Positions 55,110 to 63,583 of a stretch of DNA of 64,000 nt are shown here, piece by piece; position 1 is the stretch's first letter; every line of letters starts with the position of its first letter. The notes below the pieces were generated by a model. The model was not told the origin of the DNA. It made no database searches and saw only the letters and a program-made list of their open reading frames with translations. Location: positions 9,636-73,635 of IMG/VR virus record IMGVR_UViG_3300036045_000005. One strand, written 5' to 3'. The position numbers and the translations under genes are program-made. This DNA is from a virus.

Positions 55110-56170
55110 TGGGCAAGATTTATTTGATGCAAAATGTTTACGAGGCCGCCCTGGAACGGCTGGAGTTTGTGAAGCAGAACTTTGACCGGATCGTGGTGGC
55201 TTTTAGTGGCGGCAAAGATTCTACGGCCACAAGAGGATTGTCTGACGAGGTATTCCCGGAATCCGCTATCTATTTCTGGGATAAGGAAAGTAATCTGATC
55301 AGCACGGCCGAATTTGTGCGCCAGACGTTCGATTCCCTTCACCCAGGCGTGAAACCATATTGGTTCTGCCTGCGCTACAAGATGCGTAATGCGCTCAGTG
55401 TCTACGAACCGTACTGGTACTGCTGGGATGAGGCGGAGCGGGAAAAGTGGATTTACCAGCCCCCGCAACGGCTGTATGTCTATATGGCCGGGAACAACAT
55501 CCTGGAAGGCTACGATCCAGAGCGGCACAACCTGTATAAATTATTTGCCAATTACGTGAGCGAGAATGGCAAATGGCGGACGGCCGTCCTTGTTGGTTTG
55601 CGAACAGATGAGAGCCTGAACCGCTTCCGCGCCGTCACCAAACACCCCCAATTCGGGCAGGACTGGATTACCCAAACCGATGCCCTGAATTGTTACAACG
55701 TGTACCCTATCTACGATTGGAGCTTTGGTGATGTGTGGACATACATCGCCCGGAACAAACTGCCCTACGCGCCGGTCTACGACAAGATGTTCAAGGCTGG
55801 CCTGTATAAGCGGAATATGCGGATCAGCCAGTCGTTTTGTGATGTAAGCAAACAGGGTATCCCCATCATCCGCGAGATTGAGCCAGAATCTTTTGAGCGA
55901 TTTATGAATCGTGTGGCCGGGATGAACTCGCTCACTCATGTGGATTTGAGCGAAGTGCTGAAGAAGGCCAAAGAGGTAGAGTTTGACTTCCTCCTGCAAC
56001 TATACCCGGAGAAGGTGCGGCAACAGGTGGAACGGCGATTGGACAAAAGCCCGGCATTGCAGAAGGATGATCCCCACGTCATCCGGGCATTGTTGAATAA
56101 TGACATACGGCTGAAGCGGGTAAACCGGCAGCCGGTAATAGATGTGAAAGAGAGGTACAAGGACATATGA
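55109..56170 (+). CDS. ibrA: IbrA-like PAPS reductase-family protein
   Basis: NVYEAA.ERL, FSGGKDS, RNA.S...P.W..WD, VGLR.DESLNR, YPIYDW...DVW, MRISQ.F, RV.G.N. Confidence 0.88.
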   Translation: MGKIYLMQNVYEAALERLEFVKQNFDRIVVAFSGGKDSTATRGLSDEVFPESAIYFWDKESNLISTAEFVRQTFDSLHPGVKPYWFCLRYKMRNALSVYEPYWYCWDEAEREKWIYQPPQRLYVYMAGNNILEGYDPERHNLYKLFANYVSENGKWRTAVLVGLRTDESLNRFRAVTKHPQFGQDWITQTDALNCYNVYPIYDWSFGDVWTYIARNKLPYAPVYDKMFKAGLYKRNMRISQSFCDVSKQGIPIIREIEPESFERFMNRVAGMNSLTHVDLSEVLKKAKEVEFDFLLQLYPEKVRQQVERRLDKSPALQKDDPHVIRALLNNDIRLKRVNRQPVIDVKERYKDI

Positions 56171-56637
56171 GACCTGTAAAAGAATCTAAACTGGTGGTCA
56201 TCATCGGCCCGCCTGGAAGCGGGAAAACAGCTTTGCTGGATAAATACCCTGGCTACGTCCGCTTTGATAATGACCGTGTGATCGAAGCGGTTTGGGGCAG
56301 CCTGCAATACCATGCGGCCATCAAACGCATGGCAAAGGGCATGGTACGTGAGGGGTTGCGACGGGCGATGGAAGCGGGGCTGGCGGTGGTGGTACCAATT
56401 AGCGGCCGTACTCCCAAAGAGCGGTCGCGCATCATTGACATCGGGCGGCAAGCTGGCTACCACATTACGGTGGTGCGGGCGGTGGCTACGGCCGAGGAGT
56501 GCCTGGAACGGTGCAAGGCTGACCCCGAACGGCCGAAGTCAACCGACTGGAAACCGATCGTTGACCGATGGTTCGAGGTGTTCGAGCCAGTCAAAGACAG
56601 TGAGTGCGATGTTTATGAAGAGATAGAGGCAATATGA
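56167..56637 (+). CDS. AAA_33-like P-loop kinase (polynucleotide kinase-like)
   Basis: GPPGSGKT, R.D.D, R..R, EC.ER...R. Confidence 0.8.
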   Translation: MRPVKESKLVVIIGPPGSGKTALLDKYPGYVRFDNDRVIEAVWGSLQYHAAIKRMAKGMVREGLRRAMEAGLAVVVPISGRTPKERSRIIDIGRQAGYHITVVRAVATAEECLERCKADPERPKSTDWKPIVDRWFEVFEPVKDSECDVYEEIEAI

Positions 56638-57239
56638 ACAAAGCAGCTTTAAGCAAAGCAATACAAGATCGCGCAATGGAGTTGGTGGAGATACGGCCGA
56701 TGTCCGACGAGGCCAACATGCTCATCAGCCAGGCAATGGATGAACACAGCTTCCAGACCCGCCATGATGCCTACCGGTTTCTTCGCACCACCGGTCGGCT
56801 GAAAGACGTAGACACCGGCGGCGAGGTACTTAATCAGGATGAGGCCGTCGCCGCTTTGGTGGCCGAATTTAGCTGCCATAAACAAACAGCCAGAGAACAT
56901 GTCGCCAAAGCCGGACGGCGCAAACGGCACCCTGACTGGCAGCCACCAGCCTGGGGTGGATTCCGGCCTGGGGCGAGACGGCCGCGCAAATTTGTTATTG
57001 ATGTCCGCAACGGCCGTGCCATCGTGAGCAAATATGTGAATGCTGGTGTGGGGCTGATGCAGTACACAGCGGCCGTGAACTGGGAGGAGATGGAGGAGTG
57101 GGCGGCAACGGCCGTTACTGCTCAGGGGGGGGCGCTCAATATCTCTGGACAATATCGTGTGCCAGATGAGTTGCTTAAGACGGCCGTCTGGGATGATGTC
57201 AGCGAATCTCAGGAGGAGACTGATGCAAATACCGGATAA
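56634..57239 (+). CDS. Hypothetical protein
   Basis: ATGA-coupled; WGG.RPGA.RP AT-hook-like motif. Confidence 0.6.
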   Translation: MNKAALSKAIQDRAMELVEIRPMSDEANMLISQAMDEHSFQTRHDAYRFLRTTGRLKDVDTGGEVLNQDEAVAALVAEFSCHKQTAREHVAKAGRRKRHPDWQPPAWGGFRPGARRPRKFVIDVRNGRAIVSKYVNAGVGLMQYTAAVNWEEMEEWAATAVTAQGGALNISGQYRVPDELLKTAVWDDVSESQEETDANTG

Positions 57240-57384
57240 TTTGCGCGAAGCGCTAGAGGCTGGCGGGGAAATGGCCTGTTTCGCTATGGTGATCGACGAG
57301 GTCGCTGGAATCGTCATCAAGGCCACTGATAGCGACATCAAGCGGGCCATTTGCGTAGACAGTAGACAGGGGTATGATGAGAGC

Positions 57385-58167
57385 ATGAGCGAGAATCTAT
57401 TGATACCTGTTGAGCAAAAAGATGTAGCTCTATACGAAGATAACATCACGGCCGTCCGTGCTGATGACGGCCGTGTGTATGTTTCTATTCGCCATATGTG
57501 CCGTGCGCTGGGGCTGGATGAAAACGGGCAGCGTCAGCGAATGCGCCGTCATGCGGTGCTGGGACGGGGGCTAGGGGTGTGCAAAATACACACCCCTGGC
57601 GGTGCGCAAGAGACGGCCGTGTTGCGCGTTGACCTGGTTCCCCTCTGGCTCTCTGGCGTTCGCGCCAGTATGGTAAGTGAGGAGATACGGCCGAAGCTGG
57701 TGCAGTTCCAGGAGCAGGCGGCGGCGGTGTTGTGGGAGGCGTTTCAGGACGGCCGTCTATCGGCCGATTCTGATTTTGATGAGCTATTGGCCCAGGCCAG
57801 CCCGGACGCAGTGGAGGCGTACCAGGTGGCGCTGGCGGTGGTCAAGCTGGCGCGGCAGCAGATTGTGATGGAGGCGCGGCTGGATGATTACGGCCGTCGC
57901 CTGGACAACATCGAGGCTTCACTTGGCGATCCAGATCGTTATGTCAGCAAGGAGCAGGCTGCCCGCATCTCTCAGGGGGTGCGGGCTATCGGCCATGTGC
58001 TATCGAAGCGCAGCGGCCGTAGCGAGTATGGTGCGGTGTACGGCGAACTTTACCGCAGCTTCGACACGAGTAGTTACCGCGAACTTCCAGCTAGTCAGTA
58101 CGAGCAGGCCATGAAGTGGCTCAATGCCTGGTACCAGCGATTGACGAATAGCGATATTCCGTTTTGA
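57385..58167 (+). CDS. Phage antirepressor (P22_AR_N plus ORF6C-like)
   Basis: VYV.+R.+C..LGL....Q..R+, LWL.G+....V....R.KL..FQ; C-terminal VY..L...F...SY..LP..QY..A..WL. Confidence 0.85.
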   Translation: MSENLLIPVEQKDVALYEDNITAVRADDGRVYVSIRHMCRALGLDENGQRQRMRRHAVLGRGLGVCKIHTPGGAQETAVLRVDLVPLWLSGVRASMVSEEIRPKLVQFQEQAAAVLWEAFQDGRLSADSDFDELLAQASPDAVEAYQVALAVVKLARQQIVMEARLDDYGRRLDNIEASLGDPDRYVSKEQAARISQGVRAIGHVLSKRSGRSEYGAVYGELYRSFDTSSYRELPASQYEQAMKWLNAWYQRLTNSDIPF

Positions 58168-58207
58168 TGGTATAATCCACGCTGCTGTAAGACCCATTCC
58201 GCTCGTT

Positions 58208-58240
58208 GAGAAAGCCGCCACCGCAAATGGCGGCTTTCTC
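58208..58240 (+). terminator. Terminator hairpin
   Basis: GAGAAAGCCGCCA...TGGCGGCTTTCTC. Confidence 0.65.
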
Positions 58241-58380
58241 GTTTCAGGCTGTTTCTTGCCCTGGTAACAAGCCGTTTCGTTTTGTGATGCCTGCGTCCCT
58301 TCAGAGCCACCTAAAACGCGCATTGGCGAGCGTAACTCCTTTTGTGAGTGATTCCGTATGACGAAATCACACGTAGCCTG

Positions 58381-58463
58381 TTGACAATGTGGTACTCCCT
58401 GGTGTACCATACAAAATTATAGGAATACCAGCAGACACCAGCGTATGCGCTGGTGTACCATAC
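58381..58463 (+). promoter_or_regulatory. par promoter with centromere-like repeats
   Basis: TTGACA-18-TACCAT; CTGGTGTACCATAC twice (58399, 58450); palindrome ACACCAGCG-TATG-CGCTGGTGT (58435-58456). Confidence 0.7.
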
Positions 58464-58472
58464 GGAGGAAGT

Positions 58473-59330
58473 ATGTCTAAAAAGGTGATTACCGTAGAGA
58501 ATCGCAAGGGCGGCGTGGGTAAAACCACAACGGCCGTCAACCTGGCTATCGGCCTGGCGCAGCGGCTGAACGCAAATGGCGGGGGGAATGTGTTACTGAT
58601 TGACCTTGATCCGCAGAGCGACGCGGCCAGAGCATTGAGGTTGAATCCTGACGGCCGTTGTGTTAGCAAGGTGTTGACCGGCAAAGGCACTCAGGATGAG
58701 TTGCGTGAGAACGTCATGGCAACCAGCCAACCCAACGGCTACCAACGCCCCGGCCTTTTCCTGCTACCAGCCTCCGACGATCTGGCCGAAGCGAAGACCC
58801 GACTGGTGGCTGATGTAGTGGCGCGGCAAGCAACGGCCGCGCTACTGGGGCGCACTCCTCCACCCAATGCCAGTCTGACCGATGTGCTTGAGGAAAAGCT
58901 TGGCCTCTTCAAACGAGCCTTCACCTTCATTGTTCTGGATTGCCCGCCAACCCTGGACATTTTGCAGAAAGCAGTACATCAATTTGCGGACACGGCCGTT
59001 GTGCCGGTGAAACTGGATTATCATGGCACGTCGGCAACTGGCCGCCACACGACCAACATCCTGGCAGATCAGGCTGAGGGTTTAGACATCCACATCGAAG
59101 CCATCCTGCCGACGTTCGTGGAGCCCCAGCACAACCTGACCAAGCTGATGATGCGCGAATTGATTAAGGTGTATGGCCGTCACCTGATCGCCAAGCCAGT
59201 TCCCAAAACGGTGCGGGTGGCCGAGGCACCGTCATTAGGCGCGACGGTATTAGAGTACGCGCCCGATTCGGCGGCGGCCGATGCCTATTACTCCCTGGTG
59301 AACCGCGTCTATGAAGGAGCAAAAAAATGA
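58473..59330 (+). CDS. parA: ParA/Soj partition ATPase
   Basis: N.KGGVGKTT, LLIDLDPQ, VLDCPP, EAP..G. Confidence 0.93.
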   Translation: MSKKVITVENRKGGVGKTTTAVNLAIGLAQRLNANGGGNVLLIDLDPQSDAARALRLNPDGRCVSKVLTGKGTQDELRENVMATSQPNGYQRPGLFLLPASDDLAEAKTRLVADVVARQATAALLGRTPPPNASLTDVLEEKLGLFKRAFTFIVLDCPPTLDILQKAVHQFADTAVVPVKLDYHGTSATGRHTTNILADQAEGLDIHIEAILPTFVEPQHNLTKLMMRELIKVYGRHLIAKPVPKTVRVAEAPSLGATVLEYAPDSAAADAYYSLVNRVYEGAKK

Positions 59331-59665
59331 GCAACGACGATTGGATGAACCGCCTGGCTGGTGAGGCACCAATGATTGGTGGCAAACATACCCCCGCCCC
59401 GGCCCTGGTTAATGTGACGGTGGCCCAGGCAGAGCGGGCAGCCACCAGCAAGAAGGCGAAGGACGGCCGTTATCATGGACAGTACCGGCAGGTGACGCTA
59501 CGCTTACGGCCAGAAACGGTGCGTGAGGTGGAGGAGTGGGCGGCGCAGTTGGGCATCAGTAACCTGGCCGCCTTGCAGCGGTATATCATCTGGCGCGGGT
59601 TGAAGGCGTTACAGGATGGCGAACGGCCAGAGATGACCCAGCGCACAGAGATGAAGGAGTATTAG
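59327..59665 (+). CDS. Putative centromere-binding protein (type Ib, RHH-like)
   Basis: Coupled to parA; disordered N-terminus plus Q.TLRL.....E+..WA...G pattern. Confidence 0.65.
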   Translation: MSNDDWMNRLAGEAPMIGGKHTPAPALVNVTVAQAERAATSKKAKDGRYHGQYRQVTLRLRPETVREVEEWAAQLGISNLAALQRYIIWRGLKALQDGERPEMTQRTEMKEY

Positions 59666-59773
59666 CCACCCGCTACCGCAAGGAGCCAGCCCAACATAAG
59701 CCTGACTGCCCATATGTGCTGGCAAAGAGGTTGTTTAACATATAATCAATTGTTGTAATTCTCCGCATATGGA

Positions 59774-59820
59774 TTGACACGGCCGTTTTCTCTGTTAAAA
59801 TTCAGTATGATTTAATTTTA
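59774..59820 (+). promoter_or_regulatory. Promoter with operator-like motif
   Basis: TTGACA-16-TAAAAT (extended TG); TATGAT-TTA-ATTTTA. Confidence 0.65.
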
Positions 59821-59850
59821 TTATTTCAATAGGTGGACGAAATGGTACTC

Positions 59851-60396
59851 ATGCCGAAGAATATCAAGCTGGTCATCTTCGACCTGGACGGGACGATAGC
59901 CAAGCCCTTTGGTTTGGAGCTACTTCCCAACGTCGCCACCTGGTTTGCGGAGTGGCGTGGCATGGATGACCAGCTGGAGGTGGCGATAGCCACCAATCAG
60001 GGTGGTGTGGCTTACCGCTTTCACGCCCTGGAAACACAGCCAGAGACCGCCTGGAAATACCCGATGCAGGCGGACGTAGAGAACAGGCTGACTGCGCTGA
60101 CCGAGGAGCTGGGCATTGATGAGAGCCTGGTGTATGTCTCGTTCGCCTACCAGATGGGCCCAGGGCAATGGGTGCCCACGCCAATCCTGTCGGCTGGCGA
60201 TCCTCGCTGGAGCCGCAACTGGCGCAAGCCCAACCCAGGCATGTTGCAGATGGCCTTGCAAGATTGTCACCTGTTGCCCAACCAGGCGTTGATGGTTGGT
60301 GATCAGGAGAGCGACAAGGCGGCGGCAATTGCGGCCGGTGTACCCTTTGCCTGGGCCAAGCATTTCTTCCAGTTACCCATCGCTGAATACGCTTAA
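59851..60396 (+). CDS. Second HAD-IIIA phosphatase
   Basis: FDLDGT, ATNQGG, WRKPNPGML, MVGD..SD; start uncertain (59833-59851). Confidence 0.85.
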   Translation: MPKNIKLVIFDLDGTIAKPFGLELLPNVATWFAEWRGMDDQLEVAIATNQGGVAYRFHALETQPETAWKYPMQADVENRLTALTEELGIDESLVYVSFAYQMGPGQWVPTPILSAGDPRWSRNWRKPNPGMLQMALQDCHLLPNQALMVGDQESDKAAAIAAGVPFAWAKHFFQLPIAEYA

Positions 60397-60459
60397 TGTG
60401 GGAGGAGACGGCCGTGCTGGTTCGTCTCCTCCTTTTTCTATTTCTCAGGAGACAAGACC

Positions 60460-60888
60460 ATGTTTAACGAGGAGTGTCCCAATTTATCGCCCGACTTGTC
60501 GGCCGTTGCCCTGGCCCTGTTTGAGGCTGGGCGAATTTCCGTCCACGTGTCTGGTGGGGCAAAGGGTGGCCTGCTGGTGGCCGTCAGCCTCCATGCCGAT
60601 GGCGCGTACCAGTCTGGTGTGATGGTTGACTGGACGGCCGTTACTCAGTTTATCAATACGGCCGTTTACCAATTCGTCACCAGCTTTATGAACGATGTGG
60701 CCGACGAAAGCCGGACGGCCGCCGAACTGGTGAGCGTGACTGCCGATTACTTCCAGCTTCGCCGGGTCGCCATGCCGGTTAATCTGCAACTGTTGGTTTG
60801 GGCGCGGGCGGCGAAGGAGGAAGTAGATGCGGTGGAGATGACGGCCGTTCAGCCCATCATCCACAAGCTGGAGGTAGCAGTATCGTGA
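60460..60888 (+). CDS. Hypothetical protein
   Basis: AGGAG RBS; 142 aa. Confidence 0.6.
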   Translation: MFNEECPNLSPDLSAVALALFEAGRISVHVSGGAKGGLLVAVSLHADGAYQSGVMVDWTAVTQFINTAVYQFVTSFMNDVADESRTAAELVSVTADYFQLRRVAMPVNLQLLVWARAAKEEVDAVEMTAVQPIIHKLEVAVS

Positions 60889-61100
60889 AAACAGGCGTTG
60901 TGAAATTCTTTAACACCATGCGCGATTGGGGTTTCATTGCGCCCGATGATCACACGGCCGATGTCTTCGTCCACTACTCGGCCATTGAGGGCGAGGGCTT
61001 CCGCGATTTGCAGGAAGGCGACAAGGTGCGCTTTGAGGTGGTGGACAAGGGGAAGGTCTCACAGGCGCAAGATGTTCAGCGTGTGGGAGGACGGCGGTGA
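60885..61100 (+). CDS. csp: Cold-shock domain protein
   Basis: GVVKFFN...WGFI (RNP1), DVFVHYSAI (RNP2), GFR.L.EG..V.F. Confidence 0.93.
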   Translation: MKTGVVKFFNTMRDWGFIAPDDHTADVFVHYSAIEGEGFRDLQEGDKVRFEVVDKGKVSQAQDVQRVGGRR

Positions 61101-61489
61101 ACGAACTACTCGTAAGAGCAACCGAAATCAACGAAGGTGTGGATATGGTCATCCGTCGCGTCCAGGAATTTGCCGAAGTCTCCGGTGTGCCTTACCAGAC
61201 GGCGGCCGTGTACCAGACCTTCAGCCAGCAGTTGAACTATCTGCGCTGGTTGGAGCAACATCTGGCGGGTTGCCTGGAAAATTACAGCGACACACGTGGG
61301 GCAGCCTACGCTGACCTGGTGCGGCAGAGGCGCATTGTCAGCCGCTTGCGGGCGCAATTTGAGGCGGCGTATGGGGAGATGGAGAAGGTGGTGACACGGC
61401 CGTTGCCCGAATGGGTGGCCGGGCAGATGATGGATTGGGTGCTGGATGTGCATGGCGAGACGGCCGTCACTGCGTATGATGGGTTGTGA
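61097..61489 (+). CDS. Hypothetical protein
   Basis: GGAGG RBS; GTGA coupling. Confidence 0.6.
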   Translation: MNELLVRATEINEGVDMVIRRVQEFAEVSGVPYQTAAVYQTFSQQLNYLRWLEQHLAGCLENYSDTRGAAYADLVRQRRIVSRLRAQFEAAYGEMEKVVTRPLPEWVAGQMMDWVLDVHGETAVTAYDGL

Positions 61490-61508
61490 CGGCCGTTCGC
61501 CTCCTCCC

Positions 61509-61538
61509 AAAGCCGCCTTTCCGGGCGGCTTTTTTGTT
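61509..61538 (+). terminator. Intrinsic terminator
   Basis: AAAGCCGCC-TTTCCG-GGCGGCTTTTTT. Confidence 0.8.
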
Positions 61539-61740
61539 GCCTGTTTCTGCCCAAAATCGCCCGCTACAATCGCCAAAACCCCACCTAAAAGCCTAGCCCT
61601 TGTCAAATTTGACCTGAGATTGGTTACGGGCAAATTTAGGGCAACAGGGCGCAATTCAGGGGGACGGCCGATCCGCCATAAGGAGGGGGCGTTTTACACA
61701 GGGAATTAAGTATGATATAATTCTACTAATTCAAAACAAA

Positions 61741-61805
61741 GAAAAACCACCCGCAAGCCTGAGAAACTGAACGGGTGGTGATTCAAAAACTATAAGGAGT
61801 TTATG
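61741..61805 (-). ncRNA. Putative antisense RNA covering the RBS of ORF 61803
   Basis: Minus-strand TTGACA(61840)-17-TAAGAT(61817) and terminator ACCACCCG/CGGGTGGT followed by T5. Confidence 0.6.
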
Positions 61806-62138
61806 GTGAACATCTTAACCGAACTGTCCCCCACTGTCAAACATTTTGATGACGTTTACGCGGAGATGGTCTATGAGGAAATGGCTACCGCCGCCCGGCG
61901 CGTGTACGTCGAAAAAATCCTCATTGGCGTACCCATGCTGCCCTGGCCTGAGTTCGTGGCGATTTTTGGGCAGGTATACGGTACACATAACGGCGTTGAC
62001 TTGTCCGTTTTCCCCACGCCTACGCCGCCCCACATTCCTGATCCTGCTTTTGATCAATGGGTTGCCACGATGGAAGTGGAGTTTGGCGATATGAGTGACG
62101 CACAAATTCAACAGCGCATGGGAGTACACATGTTTTAA
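61803..62138 (+). CDS. Hypothetical protein
   Basis: TAAGGAG RBS; promoter TTTACA-17-TATAAT at 61693-61721. Confidence 0.65.
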   Translation: MVNILTELSPTVKHFDDVYAEMVYEEMATAARRVYVEKILIGVPMLPWPEFVAIFGQVYGTHNGVDLSVFPTPTPPHIPDPAFDQWVATMEVEFGDMSDAQIQQRMGVHMF

Positions 62139-62189
62139 GTGGTAAGGCGGCGGCTTATTAGCCGCCGCCTTATCACATTGGAGAGAACT

Positions 62190-62630
62190 ATGTCTACTCA
62201 CAGCTTGATTGCCATGAAAACAGAAGATGGCCGTTTCCAGGCGATTTATGCCCACTCCGATGGCTACCCAACGATGAACGGCTTAACCCTCATCCAACAT
62301 TACCGGACGGCCGAAATGGTCAACGCCCTATTAGACCAGGGCGACATGAGCATCTTAGGGGAAGTCATTGGCGAAAGACATTCATTTGATGCCCGTTACG
62401 ACACAAACCAATGCACCTTTTACCGCCGGGATCGGGGCGACACAAACCATAAGGCGGAAAAGGTGATGACATTGCAAGATTTGTTTGCCTGGGCAGATAG
62501 TGTTTCCGTCCGCTTTGTCTATGTGTTCAGTGATGGGAATTGGTGCTTTACACCCATCACTCTGGACGGCAAACCCACCTATCCTCACTTGCGGGCGTTG
62601 GCAGTGGAATTGGCTATGGAGATTTCCTAA
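62190..62630 (+). CDS. Conserved phage hypothetical protein
   Basis: MST.S.I...IY.H.DGYP...G..L..HY...GD.S.L...FY.RDRG motif. Confidence 0.7.
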   Translation: MSTHSLIAMKTEDGRFQAIYAHSDGYPTMNGLTLIQHYRTAEMVNALLDQGDMSILGEVIGERHSFDARYDTNQCTFYRRDRGDTNHKAEKVMTLQDLFAWADSVSVRFVYVFSDGNWCFTPITLDGKPTYPHLRALAVELAMEIS

Positions 62631-63520
62631 TGGGATACACACACTACTACCCCCAACAGCGTGATTTTGCCCCACATGAATGGGCTGAATTGACGGCCAT
62701 TACCCGATGGCTGCTGGCAAACCTGCCACCCCATAGCACCAGCGCGGGCGGGTGTTTTTCGGAGTACCCCCTGGCTATTCGTGGGTGGGATGGTGAGGGT
62801 GAACCGGAAATAAACGGCCGTGTCATCTCTTTTAACGGCGATGGTGATTTAGCCCACGAAACGTTTTGTTTAGCCCGGCGCGGTTACGGTTTTCAGTTTT
62901 GTAAAACCGCCCGCAAGCCTTATGACCTGATTGTTTGTGCTGTGCTGTTGGCAGCAATGGAGATTGCGCCCGGCACATTAGATGTTAGTTCCGATGGTGA
63001 GATACGCGGTGAGGGGTGGCAACCGGCGCGGGATTTTCTGCGAACTGTGCCACCGCCGCAAAAGGATAAACCCATGTTGACCAATGTAACCTACAACCGT
63101 TCCGAACGCCGTTATGAAGTGGATTGTGACGGCCGTCTGTTGACCTTTTCGCCCGGCGTGGACGGCCGTCAAGCCGCTTTCCGGGCTGGCGTAGAGGCGC
63201 AAAATCCCGCTCTGTACGAACTGGCAGCGAAGATGGTGATAGACAACCCGGCGATTGCTTCCCGCGTCTGGCGGGCTTGTCAGATCGTGCTAGAAGGCGG
63301 GGTAAATCTGAATGTGTCAGGTACGGCCGTTGCCACCGTTGCCAGCCAATCTTCGGCTTATGGCGATTATGTCCTGCAAGCCAGCGATGGGCTGATTGCC
63401 TGTGATTGCGAGGACTTCGCGGGTGGCACGGCCGTCTACACCGAAGGCAGTGAACAGCCTTATTGCAAGCACATTCTGGCCTTTCAATTTGCCCTATGCA
63501 CCACGCCAGAATTGGCTTAA
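62630..63520 (+). CDS. Two-domain protein with C-terminal SWIM zinc finger
   Basis: N-terminal domain MGYTHY..FNG..HETF..FCKTARKPYD; C-terminal domain CDC.DF...CKH; internal RBS/ATG at 63074. Confidence 0.7.
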   Translation: MGYTHYYPQQRDFAPHEWAELTAITRWLLANLPPHSTSAGGCFSEYPLAIRGWDGEGEPEINGRVISFNGDGDLAHETFCLARRGYGFQFCKTARKPYDLIVCAVLLAAMEIAPGTLDVSSDGEIRGEGWQPARDFLRTVPPPQKDKPMLTNVTYNRSERRYEVDCDGRLLTFSPGVDGRQAAFRAGVEAQNPALYELAAKMVIDNPAIASRVWRACQIVLEGGVNLNVSGTAVATVASQSSAYGDYVLQASDGLIACDCEDFAGGTAVYTEGSEQPYCKHILAFQFALCTTPELA

Positions 63521-63583
63521 TCAAGTTTACAAATGGGTGACGGCTGGACGGCCGTCACCCCGAACCCGATGGAGGACAATCTA

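Noticed and set aside
57574-57596. Hairpin GGGGTGTG/CACACCCC inside the antirepressor as an invertible or variable segment
   Set aside because: It is a single short inverted repeat in coding sequence, with no invertase and no second allele visible.
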